Positions 1 to 12,085 of a stretch of 64,000 bases of DNA are shown piece by piece (the first letter of the stretch is position 1; each line of letters opens with the position of its first letter). The translations under genes and the position numbers were made by a program. The notes beneath the pieces are model-generated. The model had not been told where the DNA came from and did no database searches. It was given only the letters and a program-made list of their open reading frames with translations. Origin of the DNA: Aplysia californica (lineage: Eukaryota); NCBI RefSeq assembly GCF_000002075.1, contig NW_004797366.1, positions 1,019,047-1,083,046 of the forward strand. Reading direction: 5' to 3'.

Positions 1-1127
1 CCCAACCCCCCCCCAACCCAACACACAACTAAAGACCAAAAAAAGGTGTACGCCTGAAGTTGTCACATAATTTGAACAAGCCATCCACAATAATAATTGA
101 ATCTGAAAAACAATGCTCTCTTTCTTTCACACTGACATTAAGAAGGTGGGTTGGTTGAAGAAACAGTCGGTTGCAAAGATGGGGGAAGAAAACCCCAAAA
201 CAAGTAGGCTATATTTTAGTTTTGGCTGGCCTGCTTTTCTCTCTGTAATTAATACGCTACTTCTAGGTATAATTTTTCTTTTTTTTACATTTTATGCCTG
301 CTCTTTGGCCTACATAATACCATAGTTATTTCCACTGTGTGCTTGGACCTACCTGCTGTTGGAAATCCATCCAACCGTAATCACAAAGTCTGGCAACAAA
401 GAAAGTGGCAACGTGGTGTGGTATCTCATTACCGCTATCGACGCCCCAAACGCCATCCTTAAATTGCACGTTTTGTCTAGTTTCTGAAATCATCACCCAT
501 TTTCTCCATACCATACTACGAAAACAATCTTCGGATGACACTTCTTTCGTCCGAATTATAGGCCTACTTGCTCGATGCAGATGACAGACCAATAATGTTA
601 CTTTGATACTGTCTACACATGTGTCGCATCGTGGTGGAACCTGGCGCTCGTCAAAATATTGAAATAAAAGAAATCGACCTATGGGCAATTTTTAAAATTG
701 ATTTTAAAATTTAAAGCTGAACACCTTTTATATATATTTCAAAATGCAGTTTTGTGTATATTGTATGGAAAAATTAATGTTGATCAAAGGAACAAGAATG
801 AACCTAAATTTGCGGTTCCCAAGGTTGTTATTTTCCCGCTAATTGTTGCCTCTGAAACCAGACAACCTCACCTCCTTCTACCGCAATTATCTCGATTTTT
901 ATTTATAATAAATAGTTTGGGGTTGTTTTTTTCGTTGAAAGTAAGACAAACGAACAAGCTTTGCGATGACACTAATTATAACCTCACTTGCCCTATACTG
1001 ACGTGAGCCTAATCCCAGCAAGTCGTGTCACCAATTATGATTTTCCCAGCATTGAGAATAATAAAGACTGCGACGTTCTCCCCCATGAAGTCAGACACCA
1101 AGAACACCAAAAGATCTTTCTCTCCCC

Positions 1128-1346
1128 CGGTGTCTGGGGTGTAGCAGTAAAGCGCTTTGCCGTCTCACACAGAAGACGTGGTTTCCATTCCGCCCGGAGA
1201 GGTTTTTACCGATTTTCTTCACCTGTCTGCAGGGACGGTTAATATTATATCCCTTCAGCTCTCTGCTCGTGCGGACCCTGGCAGTCAGGGTCGAAGCAGC
1301 CCGCCTAAAAACATGATCGAAATAGTGTCATTGGTGGCGTAAAAAT
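1128..1346 (+). mobile_element. Degenerate tRNA-derived SINE
   Basis: A-box-like GGGTGTAGCAGTAAAGCG and a decayed B-box. The tail AATAGTGTCATTGGTGGCGTAAAA resembles the reverse strand of 60003-60030. Confidence 0.4.
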
Positions 1347-1620
1347 CTACAATTTATTACAACTTCTACAAGTTTAAAATCTGTTTCAGCTTGTACCGTA
1401 CATAAGTCTCTCTTTCCTACAATATTATTATTCTGTTGAGGTATATTATTGTCAACCTGTGAAAGCTTGCAGCACACAATGATACTAATACAATGACAGT
1501 GTTTGTCCCTTACATGTGTGTGTCACAGGAATGAGTTATGAGAGAAACTTCAACGAGTTTCACATTTCTCATCTCACACCCTGAACAGCTGCAAACGAAA
1601 ATAAAGCAGAACAAAAGACA

Positions 1621-2640
1621 ATGAATGCTTCTAATCATGCAAACCAGCAGATTGAAACCGCTGATTTTGTTGCTGAATTGTTGCCTTTACTTCAATTCAT
1701 TCTCATAGTGTGCTTGGGGAGTCCTTTAACTCTGGCTGGATGTATTGCCAACGTTGGAAACATCCTCGTTCTCCGGCGGATGGATCGAGGGCAGACGATC
1801 AACTTCAGTCTCCTCGCTATAGCGATTTCAGATCTACTTGGGCTCATGGGAACGTTCTGGAGCTGTGTCTGCTTCTATCCCGCGATGCTCCAGTCGGACA
1901 GTTTGACTTTTCTGCCGCGGGAAATCCAATTTCTCACCGGATCGTGGGCACATGTTGTCTTCGGTAGAATTACGACCTGTCTGACGTTTTTGATATCTGC
2001 AGAGCGTTGTTTGTGCATACTGTTACCAATGAAAGTCAAGACAATCTTAAATGGGCGGAGAATCAAAGGAATAATTGTTGCTATATTTATCTGGGGAGTT
2101 GCCAGCGAAAGTCCTCTTTTCTATGTGTACAAGTTTGTTTGGAAGTTTGTTGATCAAAAGAATCGAACTTTGCTCGGAGTAGAACGCATCTATAACGGCG
2201 AAGAAATCGAAGTACCACTACGACTATTCACTAACGTTATAAGTCAATGTGTTTTATTCACCGGGGTCGGGATTTTCACATGGATTCTTGCTAACAAACT
2301 CAGACGTCAATCAAAATGGCGTCTATCCAACAGTCAGACAAAGGTACTTGAAACATTAACAAAGCGAGATACAAAAACGGTTCAAACTGTTTTTGCTGTC
2401 TCTTCCACGTATGTTCTCTGCTACCTTCCCAATACAGTAAATACTTTCTGCATGTTTGTCGTACCTGGGTATAGTGTCTTGGGGCGCTATGAAAACATTC
2501 TAATTCTTGTGTCAGCTTGTAGTTACATTTTTGAAATAATTAACTCCTCTGTAAATATCTTAATATATTTCAACCTAAGTACACAATACAGAAATGAGTT
2601 CAATGTATTTTTCAGATGTTACACACCCAGTGCTTCATAA
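1621..2640 (+). CDS. Rhodopsin-like (class A) 7TM GPCR with uninterrupted CDS, probable gastropod chemosensory receptor
   Basis: 339-aa ORF with 7 hydrophobic segments. Motifs: TM1 GCIANV, TM2 LAIAISD, DRY-equivalent ERCLC, TM6 CYLP, TM7 NSSVNILIY. N-glycosylation sequons NAS (N2) and NRT (ECL2). The family call is recalled similarity to Aplysia-type chemosensory receptors, not a search result. Confidence 0.9.
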   Translation: MNASNHANQQIETADFVAELLPLLQFILIVCLGSPLTLAGCIANVGNILVLRRMDRGQTINFSLLAIAISDLLGLMGTFWSCVCFYPAMLQSDSLTFLPREIQFLTGSWAHVVFGRITTCLTFLISAERCLCILLPMKVKTILNGRRIKGIIVAIFIWGVASESPLFYVYKFVWKFVDQKNRTLLGVERIYNGEEIEVPLRLFTNVISQCVLFTGVGIFTWILANKLRRQSKWRLSNSQTKVLETLTKRDTKTVQTVFAVSSTYVLCYLPNTVNTFCMFVVPGYSVLGRYENILILVSACSYIFEIINSSVNILIYFNLSTQYRNEFNVFFRCYTPSAS

Positions 2641-3178
2641 GTGGCTAGATCTAAGGTGTTTGTTTCTTATGCCAAAGTTTGGAATCTGTAATGGTCAACA
2701 GAAACTACCTTGATGAGCAATATGGTTTATTTAAAATAAATTTAAAATAGATAGGTATTCTAACAGACAACTTGTGAATATTGCTACATACTACGCAGGT
2801 GCTGGTCGTAAAATATATAGTTTATTGCTATGTAATGGGCCGGTGTTGTTTGTAAAATAGTTTATTGCTACGTGTTGTACATGTAATCTTTGTAAAATAT
2901 CTAGTCGAGAAAAACAAACACAAACAACATCGCACAGCGGAGCAGTATAGAGTTGCCTTGCTAACTCTTTTTTTACATTCAGAAGTCATGTTTGTTTGTT
3001 TTAGCAAGGCACTGGTTTCCTGTGCCTGGACTAAGTTTTTTTCTCTTCTCCCCTCTCGATCTCATGGGTAGTAGTAGTAGATCTAGATGACGACACGACA
3101 ACAGATCTTTTGATAAGTTGTCATCCTCCCACATGGCGCAGAGACGCAGTGTCCCTTGTTTTTACAGCAGGCACATTC

Positions 3179-3360
3179 TGGGTGGTTGGCAGGTGCTCTG
3201 GTGTGGTTTGCTTCTTGTTTCCTATGAAACATCTATCGTCCTTATCTCCCCTTCTTCTTTTTATGTTTGTTACTCTCTTGTAACACCTCTAATCTTCTGG
3301 CGCTCATATGACCCTATGCAGTTGCGAGCGCCTTAAAACCTCTACTAAAACTAAATAAAA
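3179..3360 (+). mobile_element. 3' end fragment of an I/Nimb-like non-LTR element
   Basis: Near-identical inverted copy at about 22636-22810. Ends in a GGCGCTC...GAGCGCC stem-loop followed by an A-rich tail. Confidence 0.6.
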
Positions 3361-3662
3361 TGTGTCCCGAAAAGGTGGAATCAGGAGCTCGTCAGTTTTT
3401 TTGGTATATGGAGTTATCAATATAATCTTATAGCCTGTTCATTTGGCTCCCTTTTGAGGAAGCAATCCGATGTACATGTACTTAGACTAGAAGTTGAGAT
3501 ATACGCATTTGAAGGAAGAGGGTTCACCTGGTGTCACAGACAAGAAAAGATAAGATAAGATAAGATGAGATAAGATGGAATAAAATAAGACAAGATAATA
3601 TAAGACAAGATAAGACATCTTTACGGTCCAGATCCTGGCACATTGGATAGGTGTTTCACCAC

Positions 3663-3663
3663 G

Positions 3664-3719
<56 letters not shown>
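3663..3719. repeat. (CA)n microsatellite
   Basis: Directly visible. It marks the left edge of the 7106-bp duplicated block. Confidence 0.95.
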
Positions 3720-3721
<2 letters not shown>

Positions 3722-4007
3722 CGCATATGCACAATTTGCGACAAAATGACCGCCAAAGTTTTGAGACTTCCAAGGCGGTAGTGTTCTTGGACGCTGCAAC
3801 TGATTGACTTGCCATATGCCTTTGGTCATCGTTTGTCAGTAAAGTCCACATGGGATTGTAATTTAAAATAGAAATAAAAGGTGTTGAGCCCAGCCAGAGC
3901 ATTCGATAACAATTGCTCAAATGGCGGGAAAATGTCGGTCTCTTCGATATCATTACGTTGACAAGCGCCTGATTTCACCTTGATGCCTCACAAATTCTGC
4001 ACCGACG

Positions 4008-4761
4008 CAGTGGCGGTGGGTAGTGAAGGGCTTACGGGCTGGAGCCCCTCACGTTATGATCGCGCGCAACGAACACACAGTTCAGTCTGGCGGCTTGCCC
4101 GTTTATCCAATAATTGTTGTCACTGCTTACAACTACATGTATAGTAGCCTGACAGCCAATCAAACGTCGTTAGGGCTCAGAAAGAATAAGCCGGTTCTCA
4201 CGCCCATCTTTAATGAAACTCTTCTTGTAAAAAGGTAGAAGACTTTTAAAAAATAACACTGCACAGAGGGCTCACGATCTCCCAGCCCTGACAATGGGGT
4301 GAAAATTTACGACACACTTTCCCCCAGTGACACAGATACCTATGCGCCCATTTGGGTCTTTGTTAGGCACGTTCTATTTTCCGCAACAACACGACCCTAT
4401 CCACCTCATAGACGGTATGTGTTTGGAGTGCTGTGTGTTTGTGCCACTGAGATTTAACAGTTATTAATTACATCCAGCCACTTTTGGGGCAACCTTTTCT
4501 TCAGATAAAAACTAATTAGAGAAATTTGGAGGTGAAACGGCTTCGTCCCCACAATCCAGAAGAACTTAAATTTGACTAAGAACAATTATATGGAAGACAC
4601 AGGTGACTCTTCTCGTTTGAATTGTTCTCAAAATGCCGTTGCTCGCCGTGCGTGAGTATAGAAAAATCATCACTGTTTTGTTCTTATTGCTAGCTTTTTG
4701 GTGATAAAGAGGTGGAAGAAACCTAAGCCCCACCCAAATCTTAGTCCACCCACCGCCACTG
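4008..4761. mobile_element. Non-autonomous hAT element (MITE); second copy at 11114-11867
   Basis: TIR CAGTGGCGGTGGGT / ACCCACCGCCACTG. Perfect 8-bp TSD CACCGACG (4000-4007, 4762-4769). Confidence 0.9.
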
Positions 4762-5317
4762 CACCGACGGAGAGAGCGGGGTAGACGGAAGCCCTTAAGG
4801 GAAAGAAAGGGCACAAACAAACAGATACGGCCATCATGATGACAGTTGCCAGATGACATTCTTTCTCAGACGTGTTTGTACATTAAATGTACTGAATAGA
4901 GTTTTTTTCCCCCACTTATACGTAGAGATTGCCTTAGGGGGGGAGGAGGGGAAGGGGGGGGGGGGCTACACCCCCAAAGCAGTGCCGGATTAAGACCCAG
5001 CTGGCCCCGAGGCACACTTCACTGAGTGGCCTGAAAAAGTTAGATACCGGTATGGTGCAAAANNNNNNNNNNNNNNNNNNNNNNNNNNNNNNNNNNNNNN
5101 NNNNNNNNNNNNNNNNNNNNNNNNNNNNNNNNNNNNNNNNNNNNNNNNNNNNNNNNNNNNNNNNNNNNNNNNNNNNNNNNNNNNNNNNNNNNNNNNNNNN
5201 NNNNNNNNNNNNNNNNNNNNNNNNNNNNNNNNNNNNNNNNNNNNTGTCAGTCTGTCAGCCAGTCCTAAGCATGACAGTATGGAATATGAACAAGATACCA
5301 GTAAGATTTAATGTACC

Positions 5318-5734
5318 TGTTATGTAAGGGAAATAATTAGATCCGCTCGTAGTTCATTCCCTTTGCAGGACATTGGCTGTTAAGTTGTTTCCTCTTTGAA
5401 GAAACACTTCCATGTTGTTTATTCTGTCATTTTCATATCATAATATGGCATGTTTGTATTTCATATTCTTTGCCACCGTTTACCATTAGGCTGGTGTTGT
5501 ATTATTCTATGTGGGAATGACTGAGACGTGTGAGTGTCAATTATTAATGAAGGCATGTATTCTGTATCATGTAAATAATCTAACATGTTGTGTAGATATT
5601 GTTCCTTTGACATATTGGTCATAAATAAACTGATTCGTTATGTTCGACCCAAGACGAGACTCCTGTGTTCTTGATTGATGTTCAAGTTTGCTTGCTGTTA
5701 CAAGATTCCTGTTACAAGTTACAAGACCTTAACA
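5318..5734 (+). repeat. 5' LTR (417 bp)
   Basis: Starts TGTTA and ends TAACA, with AATAAA at 5624-5629. The PBS follows after 1 nt. Confidence 0.88.
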
Positions 5735-5735
5735 T

Positions 5736-5753
5736 TGGCGACGAGGATGGGAT
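5736..5753 (+). promoter_or_regulatory. Primer binding site complementary to tRNA-Ser(GCU)
   Basis: TGGCGACGAGGATGGGAT is the reverse complement of ATCCCATCCTCGTCGCCA, the 3' end of metazoan tRNA-Ser(GCU) as recalled. Copy at 12842-12859. Confidence 0.8.
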
Positions 5754-6599
5754 CAAGATCTACATGCAAGCAAGATCAAGGCTATTGAAACCTACACAGC
5801 CAAGCCTGCTCTACCCAGCGCAGCCCAGCCGAGCTGACTGCCTCTACCACAAGCCTTCTACGAAGCAAGAGAGCCTTCCTAAGCCTTGGGAAGCGACACA
5901 GGAGTCTGGGGAACATCGAAAAGACAGCTTGGTGAGAAATTATTGTTTGTATACGGCTCACGTTGCGATAAGTCTACGGAGACTTATCAGTCCGCTCATT
6001 CATTGTCTAGAGTTTGTACACGTTTCGCTAGTCGTCTCGACTTTCTCCGCCCGGAGTTAGTCAAATTTTTATTGCACGCTCTCAAGGTCTATCCTCATTT
6101 CTTGCTAATCCTGAGGTCAAGGGTCCTTGGCACTCGTATTGTATTTACTTTTAGTGCCGGTCAAGTGAAGTTTTTCTGATGATCAGGGCCTAAAGGTAAT
6201 GTCGGTAGGGCGTTCTTCTCACGCCTAACAGACATTAAACTCAATCCCAATCTTTGCTGTCCTTTGTTGAAACCAAAGCCAAATATCTCCTTCCATACTT
6301 CAGCTGGAGAGCGTGCATAAGTTGAAACCTTGGCCGATCAACGTCTTGTTTTGTTTCCTGTCCTTCTTAGGACAAAACAGCGAGAAAAGTGAAACGTGTC
6401 AAACTGGTCCGATCAACGTCTTGTTTGGTTTCCTGTCCTTCTTAGGACAAAACAACGAGAAAAGTAAAAACGTGTCAAAAGGCCGACCAACGTCTCGTGC
6501 TGTTCACTGTTCTTTTAAGAACAGAACACCGAGAAAGCGTGAGCCGTAAAGCATAATTTAGCGACGTAACAAGCTGCTGCCAGTCAGAGACCAGTCGTC

Positions 6600-8690
6600 A
6601 TGTCTCGCTCACAGTCCCAGGATAAGTTGATCAAACTGCTGCGAGAGCAGATGAGTCAACAGCAGCAGCAGATGGAGGTGTTACTGGCCATAGTCCAACA
6701 GAATAAGACGGTCATCAGCACGAAGTTTGGAGAATTTGACCCCTCTATCGAGCTCTGGTCGGACTACTTGTCCAGATTCGAAACCTTCACTAAGGCTAAC
6801 GCTATTCCAGACGATCGGCGTGCAGAAATATTCCTCACAAACCAGTCCAGTGTCGTCTACAAACTGCTGATGAATCTGGCCCAGCAACAGTCGCCACCAA
6901 GGGACATAAACAGTCTGTCAATGACGGAGATAGCAGCCCACATGACAGATCAATACGACCCTAAACGCTTCATAGTGCGAGAACGATTCAGGTTCTGGAC
7001 CAACACAGAGAGGAAGCCAGGGGAGACCGTCCACGAACTGGCAGCCCGAATCAGACAAGAAGCTGCCACGTGTGACTTTGCCTCCATTAGTGACCCGCTG
7101 GATGAAGCCATGAGGACTCGGTTCGTCTGCTCCATCCACAATGAGGCAACCATTAAAGCCCTCTTTAAAGTTAAGGACGACGAGCTGACCTTTGCTCGTG
7201 CCATCGAACTTGCAGCAGAGGCAGAGGAGGCTTCAAAGGTCGCAAAAGAGACATTGTCTCAGGACACGGCCGTCCACAAAGTCGGGCAGTCTCAGAGACG
7301 AACGCCAGGAAAGACGTCCTGGCCTAAGCAGTAGACAACACTTCAACACAAGCCTCATCACGAGAAGAAAGGGCCGCAACAAAAACGCTGCACCAGATGT
7401 GACGGAGCCCATACACCTGATAGCTGCCGTTTTGCCACTGCCACATGCCGTTTTTGTAACATCAAGGGCCACATTGAAGCGGCATGCCGAAAGAAGAAAC
7501 GCCAGCGTGTCACGATTGTGAAGACGGTCAAGGCTTCAAGCATGAAGCCCATTACACAAGACTGCTTCATATCGGGGCATCCGGTCCAGCTAGAGGTCGA
7601 CACCGGCTCTAGAGATAATTTCATCTCCTTGAGCACATGGCGCCTGCTCAACAGCCCCAAGATGGCACCAACAAGCAGCCAATACCGGTGTGCCTCTGAC
7701 CAAGACCTTCCTGTCCTCGGAGTCTTCACAGCTCCGACTACGCTGGCTAAGGACGACAAACCCAAACAACAAAAGTTCGTCGTCACCCGTCTGCAGCTGA
7801 ACCTCCTCGGTCGAGAATCATGCAGAAGCCTAGGTCTATCCCTGGACCAGCTCCTGTACAACAAAGTCAGCAAGGTCTTCCAGGACATCAAGCCTGATAC
7901 GTCCCTGCAGAGCTCCTGCCAGCAACTATGTCAGGAGTTCCCAGACTTGTTCAAGAAAGAGCTGGGGACACTCAAAGACTTCGAGCTGGAGGTTCGATTC
8001 AAGCCAGACGTCCAGTCAGTTTTTCACAAGCCTCGCCCAGTCCCTATTGCAGTACAGGAAGATCTGGATAGTGCCATTCAAGCCGGCATCAACAGAGGTA
8101 TCTGGGAGCCAGTCCAGTTCAACTCATATGGTACGCCAGTGGTAGCCTACCTATCAAGAAGAAGTCTCCACAAGGTCAGAGCAGTATCAGAGTCTGCGGT
8201 GACTACTCTGTCACTGTGAACCAGCAACTGGAGACACATCGTCACCCGATGCCACAGCCGGAGGATCTCATGCGGAGACTGGGTAGAGGCCACTGTTTCA
8301 CGAAGATTGACCTCGCTGACGCATACAATCAGATCTGCCTTGGCCCAGAGTCGCAGAAGAAACTTGCCCTCAGCACTCACAAAGGCGTCCTGCTACAGAA
8401 ACGCCTGCCGTTTGGAATAACCTCTGCTCCCGGTTATTTCCAAGAAATCATGGACCAGTTAACTCAAGACCTGCCTGGTGTGGCCGTCTACCTGGACGAC
8501 ATCCTTGTCAGCGGCAACAATGCGGCGGAACACCTGCAGAATCTCCGAGGCCTGCTCCAGCGTCTACAAGACAAGGGACTACGCTGCCGGTTGGAGAAGT
8601 GCTCCTTTGCTCAGCCTTTTGTAGAGTACCTGGGACACTACCTTTCCAAGAACGGTATTGCTAAAGGTCCAAAAACAGATGCCATCATGA
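6600..8690 (+). pseudogene. gag-pol polyprotein (Gag, CCHC x2, aspartic protease, partial RT), disrupted
   Basis: An in-frame TAG at 7332-7334 is followed in the same frame by CTRCDGAHTPDSC, CRFCNIKGHIEAAC and EVDTGS. A 5-bp insertion near 8146 shifts the frame before the RT (KIDLADAY, RLPFG, YLDDILV). RNase H and integrase are absent. Copy at 13706-15796. Confidence 0.88.
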
Positions 8691-8749
8691 AGTTACAAGA
8701 CCTTAACAGTACCTAAGGTCTCACAACACTAAAATTATGTATTATTTTT

Positions 8750-10105
8750 TTTTACATAGATTGCCACGTTGCGTGCTTTTGCAACAGCGAATTCACCAGC
8801 GTCTTTGTTAATGTCGACGTTGTGCAGTAAATCGCTTTCAATTGAAACTATTGAAAGAAGTACTAGCATTCCTAGCCGCTACTGAGACATGGTTGAACGC
8901 TTAACGTCTTTAATGCGTTTCAGTTGCGAAAATGAACGCTTGCCAGTGCAGTTAGTTGACATTAGAGACAGGTACATCCGCAATGCTATCTCGCTGTCTG
9001 GAAAAGCTGAGTGGAAACCAGTGGTTTGCAAGAGTTTGAAAATGCTCTGAACGCTTCCAGTTGTATTATCCGGATGTACTTGCTCTTTCACCCAACCTAG
9101 GTACTGTCTAAATTACATTGGAAAGTTAGGAGAAAGGTCATGTGGATAGACATTAACAAGTGTTGATGTTGCAGCATTTATGTCTTCAGCTGACATTGAA
9201 TCATACTCTGTTAAAACACCAGACCGCTGCACTACTGTTGAATAGGCGTCAATTCGTCTGCATAGGGCACTTTTCCGTTGGTCCATGATAACCAAGAATG
9301 TATTCACTTTGAATTTCTCCTGACCCGACATTTCATCCATCACACTTGCGCATCTCCGTCATCTACTGTTCTCCTGTGTACACGTGCTCTCCGACTGTCT
9401 GATTTATTTATGCTGCTTCCACATCGGTCACTTGCCTTGTCATGGTAAAAGTCAAACATTCCTCGACACTCATCTATATATGTGTCTAAACGTCTTAACA
9501 ATCCAATGGCTGGGCTTAGTTCAATAGTTGAATTTTGTAGCAGTTTACTGCAGCAATTGAAACGATGTAAAATGTCATTCCAAAGTTCACACATGAAAGC
9601 AACTTCAATGGTGTCCATATAACTTGCAAGTGTGCCAGCTTCGTGCTTCGTGAGACCATTCTGGTCAATATCTTCTGCAATCTCTTGAAGAGCACTTTGG
9701 AATTCTTTGTAGCCCCTGAAGACTGCTTCTGTCGCATCAGCCCGGGCAGACCACCGGGTAACCCATGGGTGTTTTGGGACAAGACATTCAGGATTTTCCT
9801 CAACGTGTCGTAATAAAATATTTCAACGAAATGTTGATGCAACAAAAAATGAATACAAACGCTGCAGGATGTGTTGCTCGAGATGTTGATGAATGTCAAA
9901 AAGCGCCCCTCGGGCCGGTGATCTACCATATTGCCATAGCGTAAAACAATGGTTAACTGATCAGAATGGGTAACATCTGGAGTAGAATCTACGGAGATTG
10001 AAAAGTACCTTGGCTTAGGAATTTAATCCTTTATGAGGTCAAAAACATGCTTGCCTAACAAGTTAAGGAATTCTTCACAGGTTGTTTTTGACAAGTATGA
10101 ACAGT
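8750..10105 (-). pseudogene. hAT transposase pseudogene (copy 2 at about 15856-17211)
   Basis: Fragment ORFs 8879-9091, 9113-9343 and 9340-9618 carry hAT motifs. The first catalytic Asp region (VDSTPD) lies near 9975-10000. Stops, frameshifts and deletions are present. Confidence 0.8.
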
Positions 10106-12085
10106 TGGTGGATCAAAATTCGGGTGTGGCTAAGGCTGCTTTCACTTCTTTACCACCAAATAGCAAGCAATGAGAACAAAACAGTGGTGATTTGTCCATA
10201 CTCACGGCGAGCCACGACATTTTGAGATCACTTCAAATTCAAACGAGAAGAGTCACCTTTGTCTTTCTTCTCTTTGTTCTATGTTAAATTCTTCTGGAAG
10301 CTGAGGACGAACCCGCTTCACCTCCAAACTTCTCTAATTAATTTTCATCTGATGAAAAAGTTGCCACAAAAGTGGTTTGACGTAACTAATAACTGTTGAA
10401 TCTCCTGTTGCAGACACACAAACATGCATACACAGCACTCCACGAGCTCGGGGGTTTTGTAAACACAGTTCACCTTTCACCTCATGTACACTTAGAAAAC
10501 TGTCGAATTTGGCAGAAATTAGGCTAGAAATGTAGCATTCGCAGGCTTTTGACTCCAGTAGGGCCACAACTTTGGAATTATTATCTGGGTTGCCAGGTAT
10601 CTGGTGACTTTAGACTTTATTTAGAGGCTAAAGGTGCTTGATTTGAAACCCACTGCCAATGATTCAATTTAATTTTAGAAAAAAGATTTAGCCTAGAGAG
10701 AGGCCAAACNNNNNNNNNNNNNNNNNNNNNNNNNNNNNNNNNNNNNNNNNNNNNNNNNNNNNNNNNNNNNNNNNNNNNNNNNNNNNNNNNNNNNNNNNNN
10801 NNNNNNNNNCACACACACACACACATGCGCATATGCACAATTTGCGACAAAATGACCGCCAAAGTTTTGAGACTTCCAAGGCGGTAGTGTTCTTGGACGC
10901 TGCAACTGATTGACTTGCCATATGCCTTTGGTCATCGTTTGTCAGTAAAGTCCACATGGGATTGTAATTTAAAATAGAAATAAAAGGTGTTGAGCCCAGC
11001 CAGAGCATTCGATAACAATTGCTCAAATGGCGGGAAAATGTCGGTCTCTTCGATATCATTACGTTGACAAGCGCCTGATTTCACCTTGATGCCTCACAAA
11101 TTCTGCACCGACGCAGTGGCGGTGGGTAGTGAAGGGCTTACGGGCTGGAGCCCCTCACGTTATGATCGCGCGCAACGAACACACAGTTCAGTCTGGCGGC
11201 TTGCCCGTTTATCCAATAATTGTTGTCACTGCTTACAACTACATGTATAGTAGCCTGACAGCCAATCAAACGTCGTTAGGGCTCAGAAAGAATAAGCCGG
11301 TTCTCACGCCCATCTTTAATGAAACTCTTCTTGTAAAAAGGTAGAAGACTTTTAAAAAATAACACTGCACAGAGGGCTCACGATCTCCCAGCCCTGACAA
11401 TGGGGTGAAAATTTACGACACACTTTCCCCCAGTGACACAGATACCTATGCGCCCATTTGGGTCTTTGTTAGGCACGTTCTATTTTCCGCAACAACACGA
11501 CCCTATCCACCTCATAGACGGTATGTGTTTGGAGTGCTGTGTGTTTGTGCCACTGAGATTTAACAGTTATTAATTACATCCAGCCACTTTTGGGGCAACC
11601 TTTTCTTCAGATAAAAACTAATTAGAGAAATTTGGAGGTGAAACGGCTTCGTCCCCACAATCCAGAAGAACTTAAATTTGACTAAGAACAATTATATGGA
11701 AGACACAGGTGACTCTTCTCGTTTGAATTGTTCTCAAAATGCCGTTGCTCGCCGTGCGTGAGTATAGAAAAATCATCACTGTTTTGTTCTTATTGCTAGC
11801 TTTTTGGTGATAAAGAGGTGGAAGAAACCTAAGCCCCACCCAAATCTTAGTCCACCCACCGCCACTGCACCGACGGAGAGAGCGGGGTAGACGGAAGCCC
11901 TTAAGGGAAAGAAAGGGCACAAACAAACAGATACGGCCATCATGATGACAGTTGCCAGATGACATTCTTTCTCAGACGTGTTTGTACATTAAATGTACTG
12001 AATAGAGTTTTTTTCCCCCACTTATACGTAGAGATTGCCTTAGGGGGGGAGGAGGGGAAGGGGGGGGGGGGCTACACCCCCAAAG

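Larger units (their letters stand above)
5318..8708 (+). mobile_element. Ty3/Gypsy (Mag-like) LTR retrotransposon, internally deleted
   Basis: TG...CA ends and 5-bp TSD GTACC (5313-5317, 8709-8713). Contains the 5' LTR (5318-5734), PBS, gag, two CCHC knuckles, protease DTG and RT YLDD. Only the last 19 nt of the 3' LTR remain. Confidence 0.92.

Noticed and set aside
326-1006. 120-aa and 102-aa ORFs near the window start
   Set aside because: They show no motifs, and their lengths are compatible with chance ORFs.
6333-6540. CRISPR-like repeat array (also considered for 42596-42722)
   Set aside because: The context is eukaryotic, there are no unique spacers or cas genes, and both are plain tandem repeats.
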